Shown: positions 23,293 to 36,106, numbered from the whole stretch's first letter. The stretch: 53,369 nt of DNA, filler included, from Jimgerdemannia flammicorona (GCA_003990765.1; 3 parts of 3 records of this genome joined end to end with filler, not necessarily neighbours in it); one strand, 5' to 3'. The notes: generated from the letters alone by a model not told the origin. Translations and numbers: made by a program.

Positions 23293-26200
23293 ATGGAAAT
23301 GCATCTCCCCACATTCTATGGATATACTACTGAAGAGTCAATTCTGACCTTCATTGAAGACTTTGAACAATTTGCTGCCATATGAGCCCTTGGTATGGAT
23401 GCTCAATTAGCCCTTCTACCAGTCAGCCTCAGAGGATCTACCAGAGATAAGTTCAATGTAGCTACTATTGCTGATGCTGGTGCAGCCAAACTTATCAACA
23501 TGAAGACCTTTCTCAGAACAACATATTATACTGAAAAGATCAAGCAAGCTCTTAAAGATCAACTCAATACTATTTGCCAGAGACTTAGTGAAGATCCCAA
23601 CTCATTCTATACCTGAATCTGCCACCAGATTGTCTTGGCTGGCTATGATGACCATCTCAAGGAACAAATAGTGGATTCAACCTTCCTTAAAGGAGTTTAC
23701 CCTGAAATTACCCTAGCAATCTGGTCTACCCCAGCTGCACTGACCCTTGATCAGAAAGTGGTCTTTGCACAGAGATATTGGACTGCCAGACACCCTGCCA
23801 AACACTCAATAGAGAAAATAACTGACATCAAGATGGAGCCATCAAAGCTAACTAGTATCATACCTGCCACAGTTGTAAACAGACAACTAACCCCACCTAC
23901 CCCCAAGATAGCCAAAGCTGACCCAGTGGAGGAACTCACCAAGTAGTTCGCTGAGATGACTACATACCTTAATGATGTTGTTAGAGAAGTCTGAAGTGCC
24001 AACAGGAGACCAGTACAGAGATTTGCAGCTACTACAGAAGAATACAATATCACATACTTCAGATGTGGAGAAGAAGACCACTATGCAAAGAGTTATATGA
24101 CCAAAACAAGATGCAAAGCCCAACCAAGTAATGCTAGTAGAACTAGAGAACAAACCAATGCAGTAGTCATTGAGGAGATTGGTGACACTGATGATGAAGA
24201 ATACTATGAGGAGCTCGAATTCTATCCTGCTACTGAAGGTACCAGAACCTGGTCTAAGCCCTATGACAAGAAGAGCAACAGTAAGCCAGTTGGAAGACCA
24301 AAGAAGACCCCAGCTGTCACTATTCAAAGCAAGACCCAACCTGAGGAGATTAATCAAGACATGGAGTTAGATGAAGCTGCCTGTCAAATCATTGAAGGCA
24401 CTACTCCAGTCTCAGAAGAAAGTGAAAGCAAGAAGGAACAGAAGCTGCACAAGACCAAGATTCACCAGTATGATATCTACAAGGACCTCAAGGAACAAAA
24501 GGTCAATGCTACTTTTGGTCAACTAGCTGAAGTCCCTGTCTTCAGACAGCAGTTGAGAGTAGGACTTGCAACTATTGCCAAGAATCAAGAGTACAAGATT
24601 TTAGAAGCTCACAATGTATAGGAAGAATCCAAGAACTCAGGTGAAGAATCCAAAGACCAGCACAAGACATCAGCCTATACCTCATGTCAGATTGAAGACT
24701 GTATCTTTGATGCCATCATTGATACTGGTGCTAGAGGATGCCTCATGAGTAAGAAAGCAATTAACTGCCTAGGTTGGGACATTGAAGAGTCCACCAAGAT
24801 GGTCTATATCACGGCAGATGGTACACAAGCTACCCCACTTGGCAAAATCCGAGAAGTCCCCATCAAGATAGGAGGAGCTACCATCCCAGTAGATATAATT
24901 GTTACAAGTACCACCAACTATAATATCCTCATTGGCAACCAATGGCTTTACAAGGCCAAGGCCATCATTGACCTCAATGTCCAGAAGATGCAGATTAACT
25001 ATAGAGGAAGAAAGGTATGAGTCTCTATCAATGTTCATAAAGGAGTTCTACCAGACATGGAGAAAGGAGATGAAGAGGACACAGAGGTCTTCATGCACTT
25101 GGTGAACAAGAACAAGAATAAGACACCCAAGCTCACAGATGAGCAGTGGTACAATAAGATCATCGATGGGTATACCCCTCAAGAAAGATGCCTCTATGGT
25201 ACTAAGATATACTGCTCTGAACACCTGAATGACTGCTGGTCCTGTATCAGTAAAGTCAGGAAAATAAACCAACAGAAACATGAGCAAGAAGCCACTGAAG
25301 CAAAAAGGAAAGCTGAAGAAGATGACCAGCCCCCAGAGCTTCAAGCTGACAGCAATGATGAGGAGGAATAAGAATCAGACATTACTCTCAAGGTTAAGAA
25401 GTTTCACCCTGAAGCCAAGATCCCAGAATATAAGACTGAAAAAGCCATAGGAATGAACCTTACCAGTATTTAAGATACTACTCTCAAACCACAGACCACC
25501 ACTCTACTTGGCACTGGAATTGGAGTCAAGCTGCCAAAGAACCATGCTGGAATTATCAAGACCAGGAGCAGTCTGACCAAAAGTGAAATCTCAGTTGAAA
25601 GAGGAGTAATTGACCCTGATTACACTGGCAAGATCTTCCTCATAGTCAGAAATTACAACCACACCACCCCTTTTGAGGTCAAGAAGTATGACAGGATTGG
25701 CCAGATGCTGATCCACGAAATCAAGAAGCTCAAGATCATAGAAGCCATCAAACTCATCAAGACTGAGAGAGGAGAACAAGACTTTGGATCTACTGGAAGA
25801 GGAGTCTATACTGCCACCAAGATTACTGAACTTGAGCACAAGAAAGACAAGAACCAGAACAAGTACACATACACTATTGGAGAAAATTTCCCCCTGGAGG
25901 AACAACTTCTCAAGATCCTGCATCAGAATGAAGGAGTACTTGCTACAGACTTCCAGGATATCCATAATCAAGAACCCAAGTACTATTACAAAGTTGACAC
26001 TAGTGATACTAAGCCCATCTACCAGAAAGCCAGACCCATACCACCTGCCTATAGAGAATGGCTGCAAGCAGAACTCAAGAAAATAGAAGAAGCTGGAATC
26101 ATCAAGCAGACTATCAGCCTCTGGGCCTCACCTATTGTCCTTGTCTCAAAGAAAGGAAGCAAGCCTGGAGAGTTTGCACCAAGACTCTGTATTGACTACA

Positions 26201-28558
26201 AGAAGCTCAATACTATCACCAAGAAGAATAGGTAGCCTTTACTGAATATTCAAGAAATCCTTACCACCCTTGAAAGTGAAGCCAAATATTACACTACCTT
26301 GGATCTATTCTCAGACTTCCATCAGATTGATCTCACTCAAGATGCCAGTGAGAAATCAGCCTTCATCACACCTAACGCCACCTATATCTACCTGCAAATG
26401 CCATTTTGAATGTGCAATGCCCTAGCAAGTTTCCAGTGAATGATGAACAGAGTCTTCAGCAATGAGATTGGAAAATGGCTCTTTGTCTATGTTGATGATG
26501 TGATTATCTTCAGCAACACTGCACAGGAACATATCAATCACATACAGCTAGCCCTCAAGAAGCTCAAAGAGTATGGCCTCTATATCAAGCCCAAGAAATA
26601 CAAGTTTGCAGCCCAGGAAATTGCCTATCTAGGACACCTTATCAACCAGACCAGAATCCATACAAACCCCATGAAGATTGAGGCTGTTGCAGCCTATCTG
26701 AAACCCAGAACAACCACAGAAGTCCATGCCTTCCTTGGACTAGCCAGCTACTATAGAAGGTTCATTAAAGGATACTCCAATATTGCAGCACCCATCTATG
26801 AGCTACTGAAGAAGGAAACCAAATTCAAGTAGACTAAGGAGCGCCAAGAAATCTTTAATGAACTCAAGACCAGGTTGACCCAAGCACCCATCCTCAGAAG
26901 ACCAGACTGGAATCTAGAATTCATCCGGTAGACAGATGTGAGTGCTATAGGACTTAGAGCAGTCCTAGCTTAGAAGAAAGATGGACATGAATATGTCATC
27001 TCCTATATAAGCTGAGGTACCCACAGAGTAGAACAGAACTATGAGTCATGCAAGCTTGAATGCTTAGCAGTAGTTTGGATAGTAGATAAGTTCCATTACT
27101 ACCTAGCCAGAAAATACTTCACCATTCAAACAGACCATTCTGCTCTCACTTGGCTATTCCACACTCTGAACGCCAAAGGAATATATGTCAGATAGATCTA
27201 CAGGCTGCAAGAGTATGACTGTACTGTCAAGCACTGCTCAGAAAAGACCAACACCAATGCCAATGCACTCTCAAGGACACCCCGAAACACCCCCATCAAG
27301 ACCATTCAACATGAATAAGAAGCTATACTATGGATTAATCAGCTATCTTGGGCAGTAGAAGATGCTCAACTATCTTGAACCCTAGACAATCACTATCATC
27401 AACTAGACTTGGAAACAGTTTGAATTAGACAACACTATACTCAGAAAAAGAGAAAAGCTAGTAATACCCAAACACAAAAAGTATCAAGTAATGAAGAAAG
27501 TATATGAGCAAGGACACTTAGGAGGAACCAATACATACAACAAAGCAAGAAGAACCATATGGTAGTCCAAGATGGAAGAAGACCTGTGCCAATTTGTCAA
27601 AGGATGTGACAAGTGCCAAAAACAGAAACAAGATCAGCAAGACCAAGCATCCAGGTCATCAAGAATTGAGCCTATCCCCTTCTACCATATTGCAATAGAT
27701 ATCATTGGACCACTACCAGTAACACTATCAGGAAACCACTATATTATAGTTATTGTAGACCTCTTCACTAAATAGATAGAGGCAGGAGCATTATAAGAAG
27801 CCAATGCCCTCTCTATAGCTGACTTCCTGTATTGAGAAATCATCTGCTGCTATAAGACACCAAAGCAAATCACAACAGACTACAGCATGGAATTTGTCAA
27901 TAGATTCTATGAGATAATGTATTAGAAATACAAGATCCAGTACATCAAGACCACTACATACCACCCTTAAGAAAATGGACAGACAGAGAGAACCAACAAG
28001 ATCCTTAAGAACATCCTAGCAAAGATCTCAGAGACATATGAGAATTGGGATAACTATCTCCCAACCACCCTCTCTATCCTACAAGACATATGGTCACAGA
28101 GTACACACTTTACCCCAAGAGAGCTGCTCTTTGGAGAAGAAGATTCTGATGGAACCTCAGCTATAAATCTAGACCTAACTTAGAGATGAGTTGATGCAGA
28201 AATCTGGAGACTACACCAAATCAGAAAGAAGGCTGAAGATTATATCACCAAGTCACAAGCACTGACAAGAAAGAATGCAGAAAAGATTCACAAGGCCCTA
28301 GAACCCATTCGAATCAGAGAAAAGATTCTACTATATCAAAATATGATAGAAGCCTCATGGTTGTGAAAACTAGAGCCCAAATGGAAAGGACCCTTCTATG
28401 TGCAAGATATCAAGGGAACTATCTTCTGGCTTAGAAAAATCTCAGAGACTATACTGCCTACTACAGTACATAGGAACAGACTCAAGAAGTACTACAAACC
28501 TATACAAGAGAAGCAAAACATGATGACTGCCTGTGAGATTCTAGTCCGCAAATCGTAA
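23293..28558 (+). pseudogene. gag-pol of gypsy family A
   Basis: LPTFYG (gag), YFRCGEEDHYAKSY (CCHC remnant), AIIDTGA (PR), LCIDYKKLN and YVDD (RT), TDVSAIGL (RNase H), CDKCQ, IAIDIIGPLP, NGQTERTN and WKGPF (integrase). No chromodomain seen. Confidence 0.95.
25384..25797 (+). pseudogene. Trimeric dUTPase domain within pol, between PR and RT
   Basis: AIGMNL, KTRSSL, GVIDPDYTGKI, DRIGQ, RGEQDFGSTG. Confidence 0.92.
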
Positions 28559-28569
28559 CAGTATGTCCC

Positions 28570-28893
28570 ATGACCAGCAGGCTATCTGTCTGGACCATTC
28601 TCTAAGGGATATGGCACTGGCAACTACTCATCCATGAGACTTTCGAAGTTAGAGGAGTTCAAACCATCAACTGATTGGTCAAGATCAGAATCAGGCCCTT
28701 GTTTTATATGAAGAGAGCGACTCTTTACCATTATGCCAAAATACAAAGAGAAGACATCAGCTCATAAATATCACTTTTTGACCCCTTGCTAGAGGTTATG
28801 GGATCAGCAAATTTTTCAGAACTGAACCAATGAATAAGAATGCTCAAGAAGATCCTTATTCAGGAGGAAGATGTAACAGTGACCCCAGAATGA
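28570..28893 (+). pseudogene. Putative accessory ORF3a (about 107 aa) between pol and the 3' LTR, crossing the PPT
   Basis: ATG 12 nt after the pol stop. Frame MTSRLSVWTIL*GIWHWQLLIHETFEVRGVQTIN*LVKIRIRPLFYM...EEDVTVTPE* has four internal stops, all TAA/TGA revertible to CAA/CGA. Confidence 0.5.
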
Positions 28894-30595
28894 TGACATC
28901 AGCACAGGAGACAGCCTTTCCTTACAAGCCACCAGATTGGAGCATAAGGAGATCATATGGCATATGAGATGAGCAATGATGACCAACTGTGAGTCATTGT
29001 GACCACAGTATAAGCATCCTGAAGAATATAAAAGAAGGATTAAGGAACTATAGTAGTAGTAACCAATAAGAACCACCAATCCCAAAATAGCTCAAAGACT
29101 TACCACAAATGAAATGCCTACTACTTGCCAAACCTCAAGGTCAAGAAACCACTAAGGCATCTCAGTCAAGGAAAGGATATTCCAAAACATCAGAAGAGCC
29201 ATAAGGACTCACTCAAGAAGGACTCCTAGTGTCAACCTGGGTACTGCAGATCTCTATCACTTTATTCTCTACCACTATAAAATAGAAACAAGGATTACCA
29301 TTGCCACCAAATGCCTCCAAATGTGGCAGAAGTATGAAATAGAAAACCTCCTCTACTGGAAGTTCTCACAGACCAGTACTTAAGAGCTACAAGATACCAC
29401 TTCTATAGATATATGTGAAATGAGGATAGTTAAGAAGATCCATTAGATCTTTAGACATACACCATAGTTGATCCCTAACTTGGAGTATGTTAGAGTCTCA
29501 AACTTCAGAGACCTGTTATTCTGCTGTATCAATGCACTAGAAGCCAGGGTGGCTACAGAAGCCCAGTCCACTATTACTTTCAATAATGATGAAGTAGAAG
29601 ACTTCTGGCATCCCATCCTTCAGGACAACCCAGACCAATTCCTACAAGGATTGATCTCAGTATTCCAAGGCCCAAGCATTCAGATCAGACCTCCCCAAGA
29701 CCCCACATTTGTTCCTTATTTTGTAGAAGAAAACCTCATAGATTAGAGAGCCCCCAATTTCCCTGCCAAATATAATAATATCATTGGCAATGACATCATC
29801 CTGTGCAATATCGAAATATATGAAGTATACAAAATATGTAACCTATATGACAAATTCACAGATCTTATCTCCTTCAGTAATGATGAGGATGAAGCCCCCA
29901 TGATCCTGAACTTTCTACTCTAAGTTCTTTGTTATACTGAATAATGCCACTACTGATATTTTGATATAACACTGGATAATATCAGCACTGGTATTCTAAT
30001 GTGATACTGAATTATACCAGCATTCTGAACCTGTACAACTATCAGTACCAACCCTGGAACTTCATAGTTTTAGTTATTAGAATTTATATTTAGCTTTATA
30101 TCTTAGCAACCATTGAATCATATTTTGTATAAATATCCCTCTTATTTCCTCTGAAATAAAGTCAGTCAACTCAGTGCAATACATATACTTCCTTGCAAAC
30201 AATCTAAGAAATAATAAGACAGTTTAAAGATAAGAAGTTTGAGGACTATAAGACCTTGGAAAGGTACTCCAATAAGAACTTGCTTATAATAAACTTATAG
30301 TTAGTCTAAGAGATATATCTTGAAGAGAATCTGATGTATTTGAAGGACTCAATGCCCACTATATGACAATGTATATAATATAGTTCCCTCAGTCAACTCA
30401 GTGTAATATACACTTTCTTGCAAGCAATCTAAGAGGTAATAAGACAGTTAAAGATAAGAAGTTTGAGAACTATAAGACCTTGGGAAGGTACTCTAATAAG
30501 AACTTACTTGTAACAAACTTGAGTTAGTCTAAGAGATATATATATCTTAAAGAGAATCTGGTATATTTGAAGGACTCAGCGACTACTACATGACA
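28872..30595 (+). repeat. 3' LTR of family A
   Basis: TGTAAC...TGACA, follows the PPT and is followed by ATAT. Confidence 0.95.
29114..29923 (+). pseudogene. Accessory ORF3b (269 aa) wholly inside LTR U3
   Basis: ATG to TAA is exactly 270 codons. The same frame is kept in the solo LTR (44076-44897) and the 5' LTR (to 22469), with premature stops mostly at different positions in different copies. Confidence 0.8.
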
Positions 30596-31169
30596 ATATA
30601 TATATTTGCTTAGTTTATTATATTTAACATATTTGTACTATTTTGTATTATTTGATTCAGAAGTAGTATAAGAAAATGAGGTATAATGAAGAGGGTAGAG
30701 AGAGTGAAAAAAAAAACTAGAATAACAGAATAATAAGATAATGCTGAAATATATATTAAATTATAAGAGTAAGTAAGATAGAGATTAATTAGATTAGTTG
30801 ATTAATTTTAGAGAAGTGTAGAAACAGATATAAAATATAAAAGGAAAATATTATAGATCATATGAGTATATAAATAGCAAGTATATAAATAGACATATTG
30901 ATCAAGTAAAGATATTGAAATGATGCAGGCAAATTTGTCTGCATTCTGGATATAAATTGTCTATACTTATATAAGTATTATAAAGTATAGACTACAGTAT
31001 TTTACTCTAAATATTCACAGATACATATGTTTGTCTACAATGAGGTTATAATATATATACTTATATACTATGAGTATATATTAGTATAGAGTAAGAAATT
31101 TTAATTAAATATATTTGCAGATAAATTTACCTATACTATAGAGTAAGAGATATTAAGAGCAAATTGTAT

Positions 31170-32185
31170 ATTACAGAATAGTTAACAGACTTATATAAGA
31201 AATTAGATAAACTATATATTACAAGATAGTCTCTTTATAAACTTGTTAATAATAGACTTGAGTTCTGAGTATAAAAAATCAGATAATAGACTTGTAGACT
31301 TTTTTAGAGTAGTAATTATTAAATTATATATTATGGGATAGTTAACAGACTTATGCAGAAAATCAGATAAACTATATATTACAAGATAGTCTCTTTATAA
31401 ACTTATGAATAATAGACTTAAGTTCTAGATATAAAAAATCAGATAACAGACTTATAGAAAATTAGATAACAGACTTATAGAATATCAGACAATAGGCTTG
31501 AGCTCTGGATGAGCTTGAGCTCTGGATATAGAAAATAGATAATGGGCTTATAGGCTTTTTTAGAACAGTGGTCATCAAATTGTATATTATAAGATAGTGA
31601 ATAGACTTGTATGAGAAATCAGAGAAACTATATATTATAGAATAGTCTCTTTATAAACTTATAGATAACAGACTTGAGTTCTGAGTATAGAAAATCAGAT
31701 AACAAACTTATAGGAAATCAGACAACAGACTTGTAAAAATCAAGTAATAGGCTTAAGCTCTAGATAGACTTGAGCTCTAGGTATAGGAAATGAGTAATAG
31801 GCTTACAGACTTTTTTAAGACAGTAGTCATATATTGAGAATAAATTGTATATTACAAAATAGTCTCTTATAAATCTATAAGTAACAGACTTGAGTTTTAG
31901 ATATAAAAAATCAGATAATGGACTTATTGGAAATTAGATAACAGGTTTGTAGAAAATTGAACAATACTTTAAGTGAGTTTGAGCTTTAAGTACAGAAAAC
32001 AGATAATAGACTTATAGGTTTTTTTGGAGTAGTAGTCATATATTGAGGGTAAATTATATATTATAGAACAGTCTTTTCATGAACTTGTGAGTAATGGGCT
32101 TGAGTTTTGAGTATAGAAAATCAGATAACAGGTTTGCAAAAAATTAGTCAAACTGTATATATATATATATTACAGGACAGCTTCT
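31170..32185. repeat. Degenerate internal tandem repeats of family C element
   Basis: Recurrent AAAATCAGATAACAGACTT, GACTTGAGTTCTGAGTATA and AAATTGTATATTACA blocks. Confidence 0.75.
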
Positions 32186-32729
32186 AGGCTTATTGAGTAT
32201 AGTTGAGTGACAGTTACTCATTTTTCAACTTAAAAGTAAGAGATTTATCTTGACTTGAATTACCAGCTAATAAGATACTAAGTTATAATATAATAGATAT
32301 AGGGAGGGTCATAAGTGTACTAATGTTTTATTATTTTTACTTTTTAAATTAATTATAGCTTATATAAAAATATTATTGAAGCTATTTTTTAACCAGTAAG
32401 AGAATAAGTTTAGAACTTCTAAATATATTAGTTTTGCCTTATTTGGATAATTACAAATAAATTTATTACTATTTAAAGTTATATTAATCATTGATATATT
32501 TATAGTCCTAATGGTACCTAGAGGCCCTTACTATTGTTTTATGAGCTCTTGATGTTTTAAAAAAATTTTCTCCAATTGAGGCTTTATTATCTATATCTTC
32601 TCTATCCCTAATATACTTTGAACTATAAGAAAGCTTTCTAAAAACATTTGTAACCATATAATCTACAAACTGTATTCTGGTATATTAGTATATAAGATTG
32701 CCAAGGAGATAGATATTAGAACAGTGACC

Positions 32730-34069
32730 ATGTGTTATATAAGAGATCAGTACTGTGGTGATATCAAAATATCATCAAAAAGTAATTATCTATAGACTCT
32801 TTCTATCAGAGATAAGATATGGGCCATTTGCCAAATAACTACTGGTAAGGTGGAAACTATCACAATAGTCACTAAAACTATGGAAGAAGAAGGAAAACCA
32901 TCTGTTAGTACCAAGACCATATGCCAGATACTAAAACAAGTAGATCTGAAGGCTGCTATCAAGTAGAAGAAGTCTATATTATTTAAGCATCATGTTAAGA
33001 CAAGATACAAATTCACTCTTAAGTACCAATATTGGACTCTAGATGACTGAAAATGGGTTATTTTTTCAGATAAGACAAAGATCAATCATTTTGGGTCTAA
33101 TGGATATCAATAGATATAAAAGAGGCCAGGCATAATTAGTACTTCTGAGGAATCAAATTAAATCGAATTTGGCCCAAACTTGATTTGATTCAATCAAATC
33201 AAAGGTCCAATTCAATTCAATTCGAATTGAATCAAAGGTCCAATTCAATTCAAAGTTCAATTCGAACCTTAATTTTCAAAATATAATAACTCGATGAAAA
33301 CTCATCTAAATTTAACATATTTTCACTTGTTAGATTTACCGTATTAATGTGATTCTAACAAGCTAAAGTACATTAGATTTGGATGAGTTTATGCTGAGTT
33401 ATTACATTTTGAAAATTAGGGTTCGAATTAGACCCTCAATTCGATTCAACTTTTGATTCAATTTGAATTAATTCAAATTGAAAAATCCCCAATTCGATTT
33501 GACTTATTTAACTCTTAATTCGATTTGATTCGAATTGATTCAACTTATTTGGGAGCACTAGGCATAATACTACTTAACTATTATGTAAAAGGGACTGTCA
33601 AATTCAGTGGTAAATTGGTGATAGTCTTATATAAATTACCATAGCATAGGCTATATATGCCAGATCAATGGTAGAATGAACACAGAGCTCTATATGAGTA
33701 TTTCACTAATGAGCTACAAAAATCCATTTAGTTTTTTAAGATGGACAGAAAGAAGCTCATATTTTAACAAGATAATAACCCAAAGTATACATCTAAGATA
33801 GCTTCCAAATGGCTTGCTGATTGTTTATTTGTATCCTAGACTGGCCTGTGCAATTCCCTGATATCAATCCAATCAAGCATTTATGGTGCCATCTCAAGAG
33901 AAAGCTCAGCACATATGAAATACTACTGAATGGTATAAAGGAGTTGTAGAAGCAGGTGGAGAATGAATGGAATAGTATTCCACAAGATGTTTATATCAAA
34001 TTGGTGGAGAGTATGCCAAGGCACATTGCTGCAGTAATTAAAGCTAAGGGAAAACACACCAAATATTAA
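32730..34069 (+). pseudogene. Tc1 transposase, disrupted by stops and a MITE (5' limit approximate)
   Basis: WTLDD*KWVIFSDKTKINHFGS, F*QDNNPKYTSK, DWPVQFPDINPIKHLW, ESMPRHIAAVIKAKGKHTKY*. Confidence 0.92.
33137..33560 (-). mobile_element. hAT-type MITE, 424 bp
   Basis: 8-bp TSD GGCATAAT (33129-33136, 33561-33568); reverse complement of 51366-51789. Confidence 0.93.
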
Positions 34070-34830
34070 TTATTATGAATAAAGTAATTCAGATACCATC
34101 AGGACCATAAGTATACCAATGATTAATATAACTTTAAATAGTAATAACTTTATTTATAATCATCCAAATAAGGCAAAACTAATATATTTAGAAATTCTAA
34201 ATCTATTCTATTATTGGTTAAAAAATGGCTTCAATAATATTTTTATATAAGTTATAATTAATTTAAAAAGTAAAAATAATAAAACATTAGTATACTTATA
34301 ACTCTTACTATATATAACAGCAGATTTCCATATCTCTTTTTGACTTCTTAGAGTTATAGATAGTATCTGTCTAATCTTATTATCAGACTATCAGAGTGAG
34401 GCTCAAACTCTTTTAATTTAAGATTTATTTACTCTAGATACTAAAGATATTTATATAAGTTTACTAGCTATATATTGACTAAGTTAAGACATCTTTTTCT
34501 ATAAGTTATTTTGTATAGTTATGTAATCTATATATCTATAAAAATTATACATCTATATAATCTGTATAACCATAAAATTAAGTAACTACTAACTATAATA
34601 CTATACTATATTGAGAATTAGATTTAGGTACTATAATTAAATATCTATCTTCTGATAGTTATTTCTAATTCAGATTATATGTTATAATAATAATATATAA
34701 TATTTTATATTTTATATTAATAAATTAAAGCTATCTATATATCTTTTTATATATTAAATATTTATACTTATCTTTTATACTATTTAAATATTTATATTTA
34801 CTAATTATATTATTTTATACTAATATATAG

Positions 34831-35546
34831 TGTGGTGTGTGGTTTGTATCCCTAGTTGCTTCAAGCATGGCTCAATGTGCTACTTGGTGGAGTGCGCGGT
34901 ATATGACTGAGTGCATTTGTGATGGTTGCGGGTCGATGGTCATATGATCGGTTCATCCGATTCGTATGGTGGAGGCTTGGTTGTTTAGTGGTTGATGAAT
35001 TTTCCTAGTAGTGAATTACTTCTTGAACATACATGGTTCGTGGCACAGCAGGTAAAAGGGGAACTCATCCATCTGACTTATTAGATAAATGATGATGGTA
35101 CTGGCTTTCCTAAGCTAAGTATCCTTGGGTTCCTTGGCTGGGGTCTTAATACTTGAATGGTGGATCTCGAATATGCGGTCTTGAACCTCGAATGGCAGTT
35201 GGTTCTGAATGCATAGCGGTCAGGTCAAATGCACGATGGTTGGGCTGGCAGGATCTCGGTGGCGGTTGACAGTTTTTTGTATGGCTTTCCTTTAGTGGCA
35301 GGTCTTTAAACTGAACTGAATGGCTTTTTGTGTGGCTTTTCTTAGTGGCGAATCTTGAACATTTTCCATGGTAAGAGAAAATTCTTTAACTCAAACCTTG
35401 AGCGATCGTTGCTCTAGTTATCTTGTTCTCAGAATTTATCCAGTCTCTTGGAGGCAGTGAGGTTTCTCTGTAATCCTTTTTACTTTTAAACACAAACTGA
35501 CTGAGGTTTATTCACTCTAAGATATAGGGTTATTTATACAAATTTG
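34831..35546 (-). mobile_element. Partial LTR (R-U5) of another LTR family, cut by contig end
   Basis: Minus strand GTATAAATA...GAGTGAATAAACCTCAGTC module like other LTRs here; TG boundary at 34831 against AT-rich flank. Confidence 0.55.
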
Positions 35547-35646
35547 NNNNNNNNNNNNNNNNNNNNNNNNNNNNNNNNNNNNNNNNNNNNTTAATTAATT
35601 AANNNNNNNNNNNNNNNNNNNNNNNNNNNNNNNNNNNNNNNNNNNN
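35547..35646. other. Artificial contig linker N44-TTAATTAATTAA-N44
   Basis: Same linker as 17724-17823. Confidence 0.99.
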
Positions 35647-36106
35647 TTTTTTTTGATGATTGGTTCTGAATGCGTGTAAGTCATGAAACCTAGTTTACAC
35701 ACTTATATCATTTATCGCCCCCGAGATTTCAATCCGGATAATAGCGGTGGGGTACGTGACCCCGCATGTGTCGTCGGTTATCCGCGTGGCTGGTTTGTCC
35801 TTTCCGAAATGGAATGTCGCAGGAACTTTCATTGCATGCGTGTCTTGCATGTTTGTTTTTAATCAACGGAGAATGCAACGCAAAATTATAATGAACAGGC
35901 ATATTTACAAGAATTGGTTTTATTTTTGACAGGTAGTTTCGAAATGGAAGCAAGTTTACAAAAGACCCGAGGTTGAGCCCTGTACATTTGAGAGGAACCG
36001 AAATGAATTTTAAAAATTACTAGTATTCAAAATGTTCGTGGCGAAAAGGATATATCCACATTTGCAGGCCGCAACTCTAAAGAATCTGCCCATCTCACCT
36101 CGCATT

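Larger units (their letters stand above)
21519..30595 (+). mobile_element. Full-length Ty3/gypsy LTR retrotransposon family A (dUTPase plus accessory ORFs), decayed
   Basis: LTRs at 21519-23172 and 28872-30595, ATAT TSD on both sides, PBS TGGTGCCC at about 23176, PPT AGGAGGAAGA at 28862-28871, order gag-PR-dUT-RT-RH-IN. Confidence 0.95.
32300..34310 (+). mobile_element. Tc1/mariner (DD34E-type) transposon with TIRs of about 220 bp and TA TSD
   Basis: 32300-32520 is the reverse complement of about 34090-34310; flanked by TA; inserted in the family C LTR. Confidence 0.9.
19604..34686 (-). mobile_element. Old, probably non-autonomous LTR element (family C) hosting the gypsy, Tc1 and MITE insertions
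   Basis: Direct repeats of about 380 bp at 19604-19986 and 32284-34686 (the latter split by Tc1). Degenerate PPT-like tract next to the left repeat and TGGTATC-like PBS remnant at about 32275-32283. No recognisable pol. Confidence 0.7.

Noticed and set aside
28570..29923. env gene
   Set aside because: No signal peptide, convincing fusion-protein signature or transmembrane anchor visible; the C-terminus is acidic.
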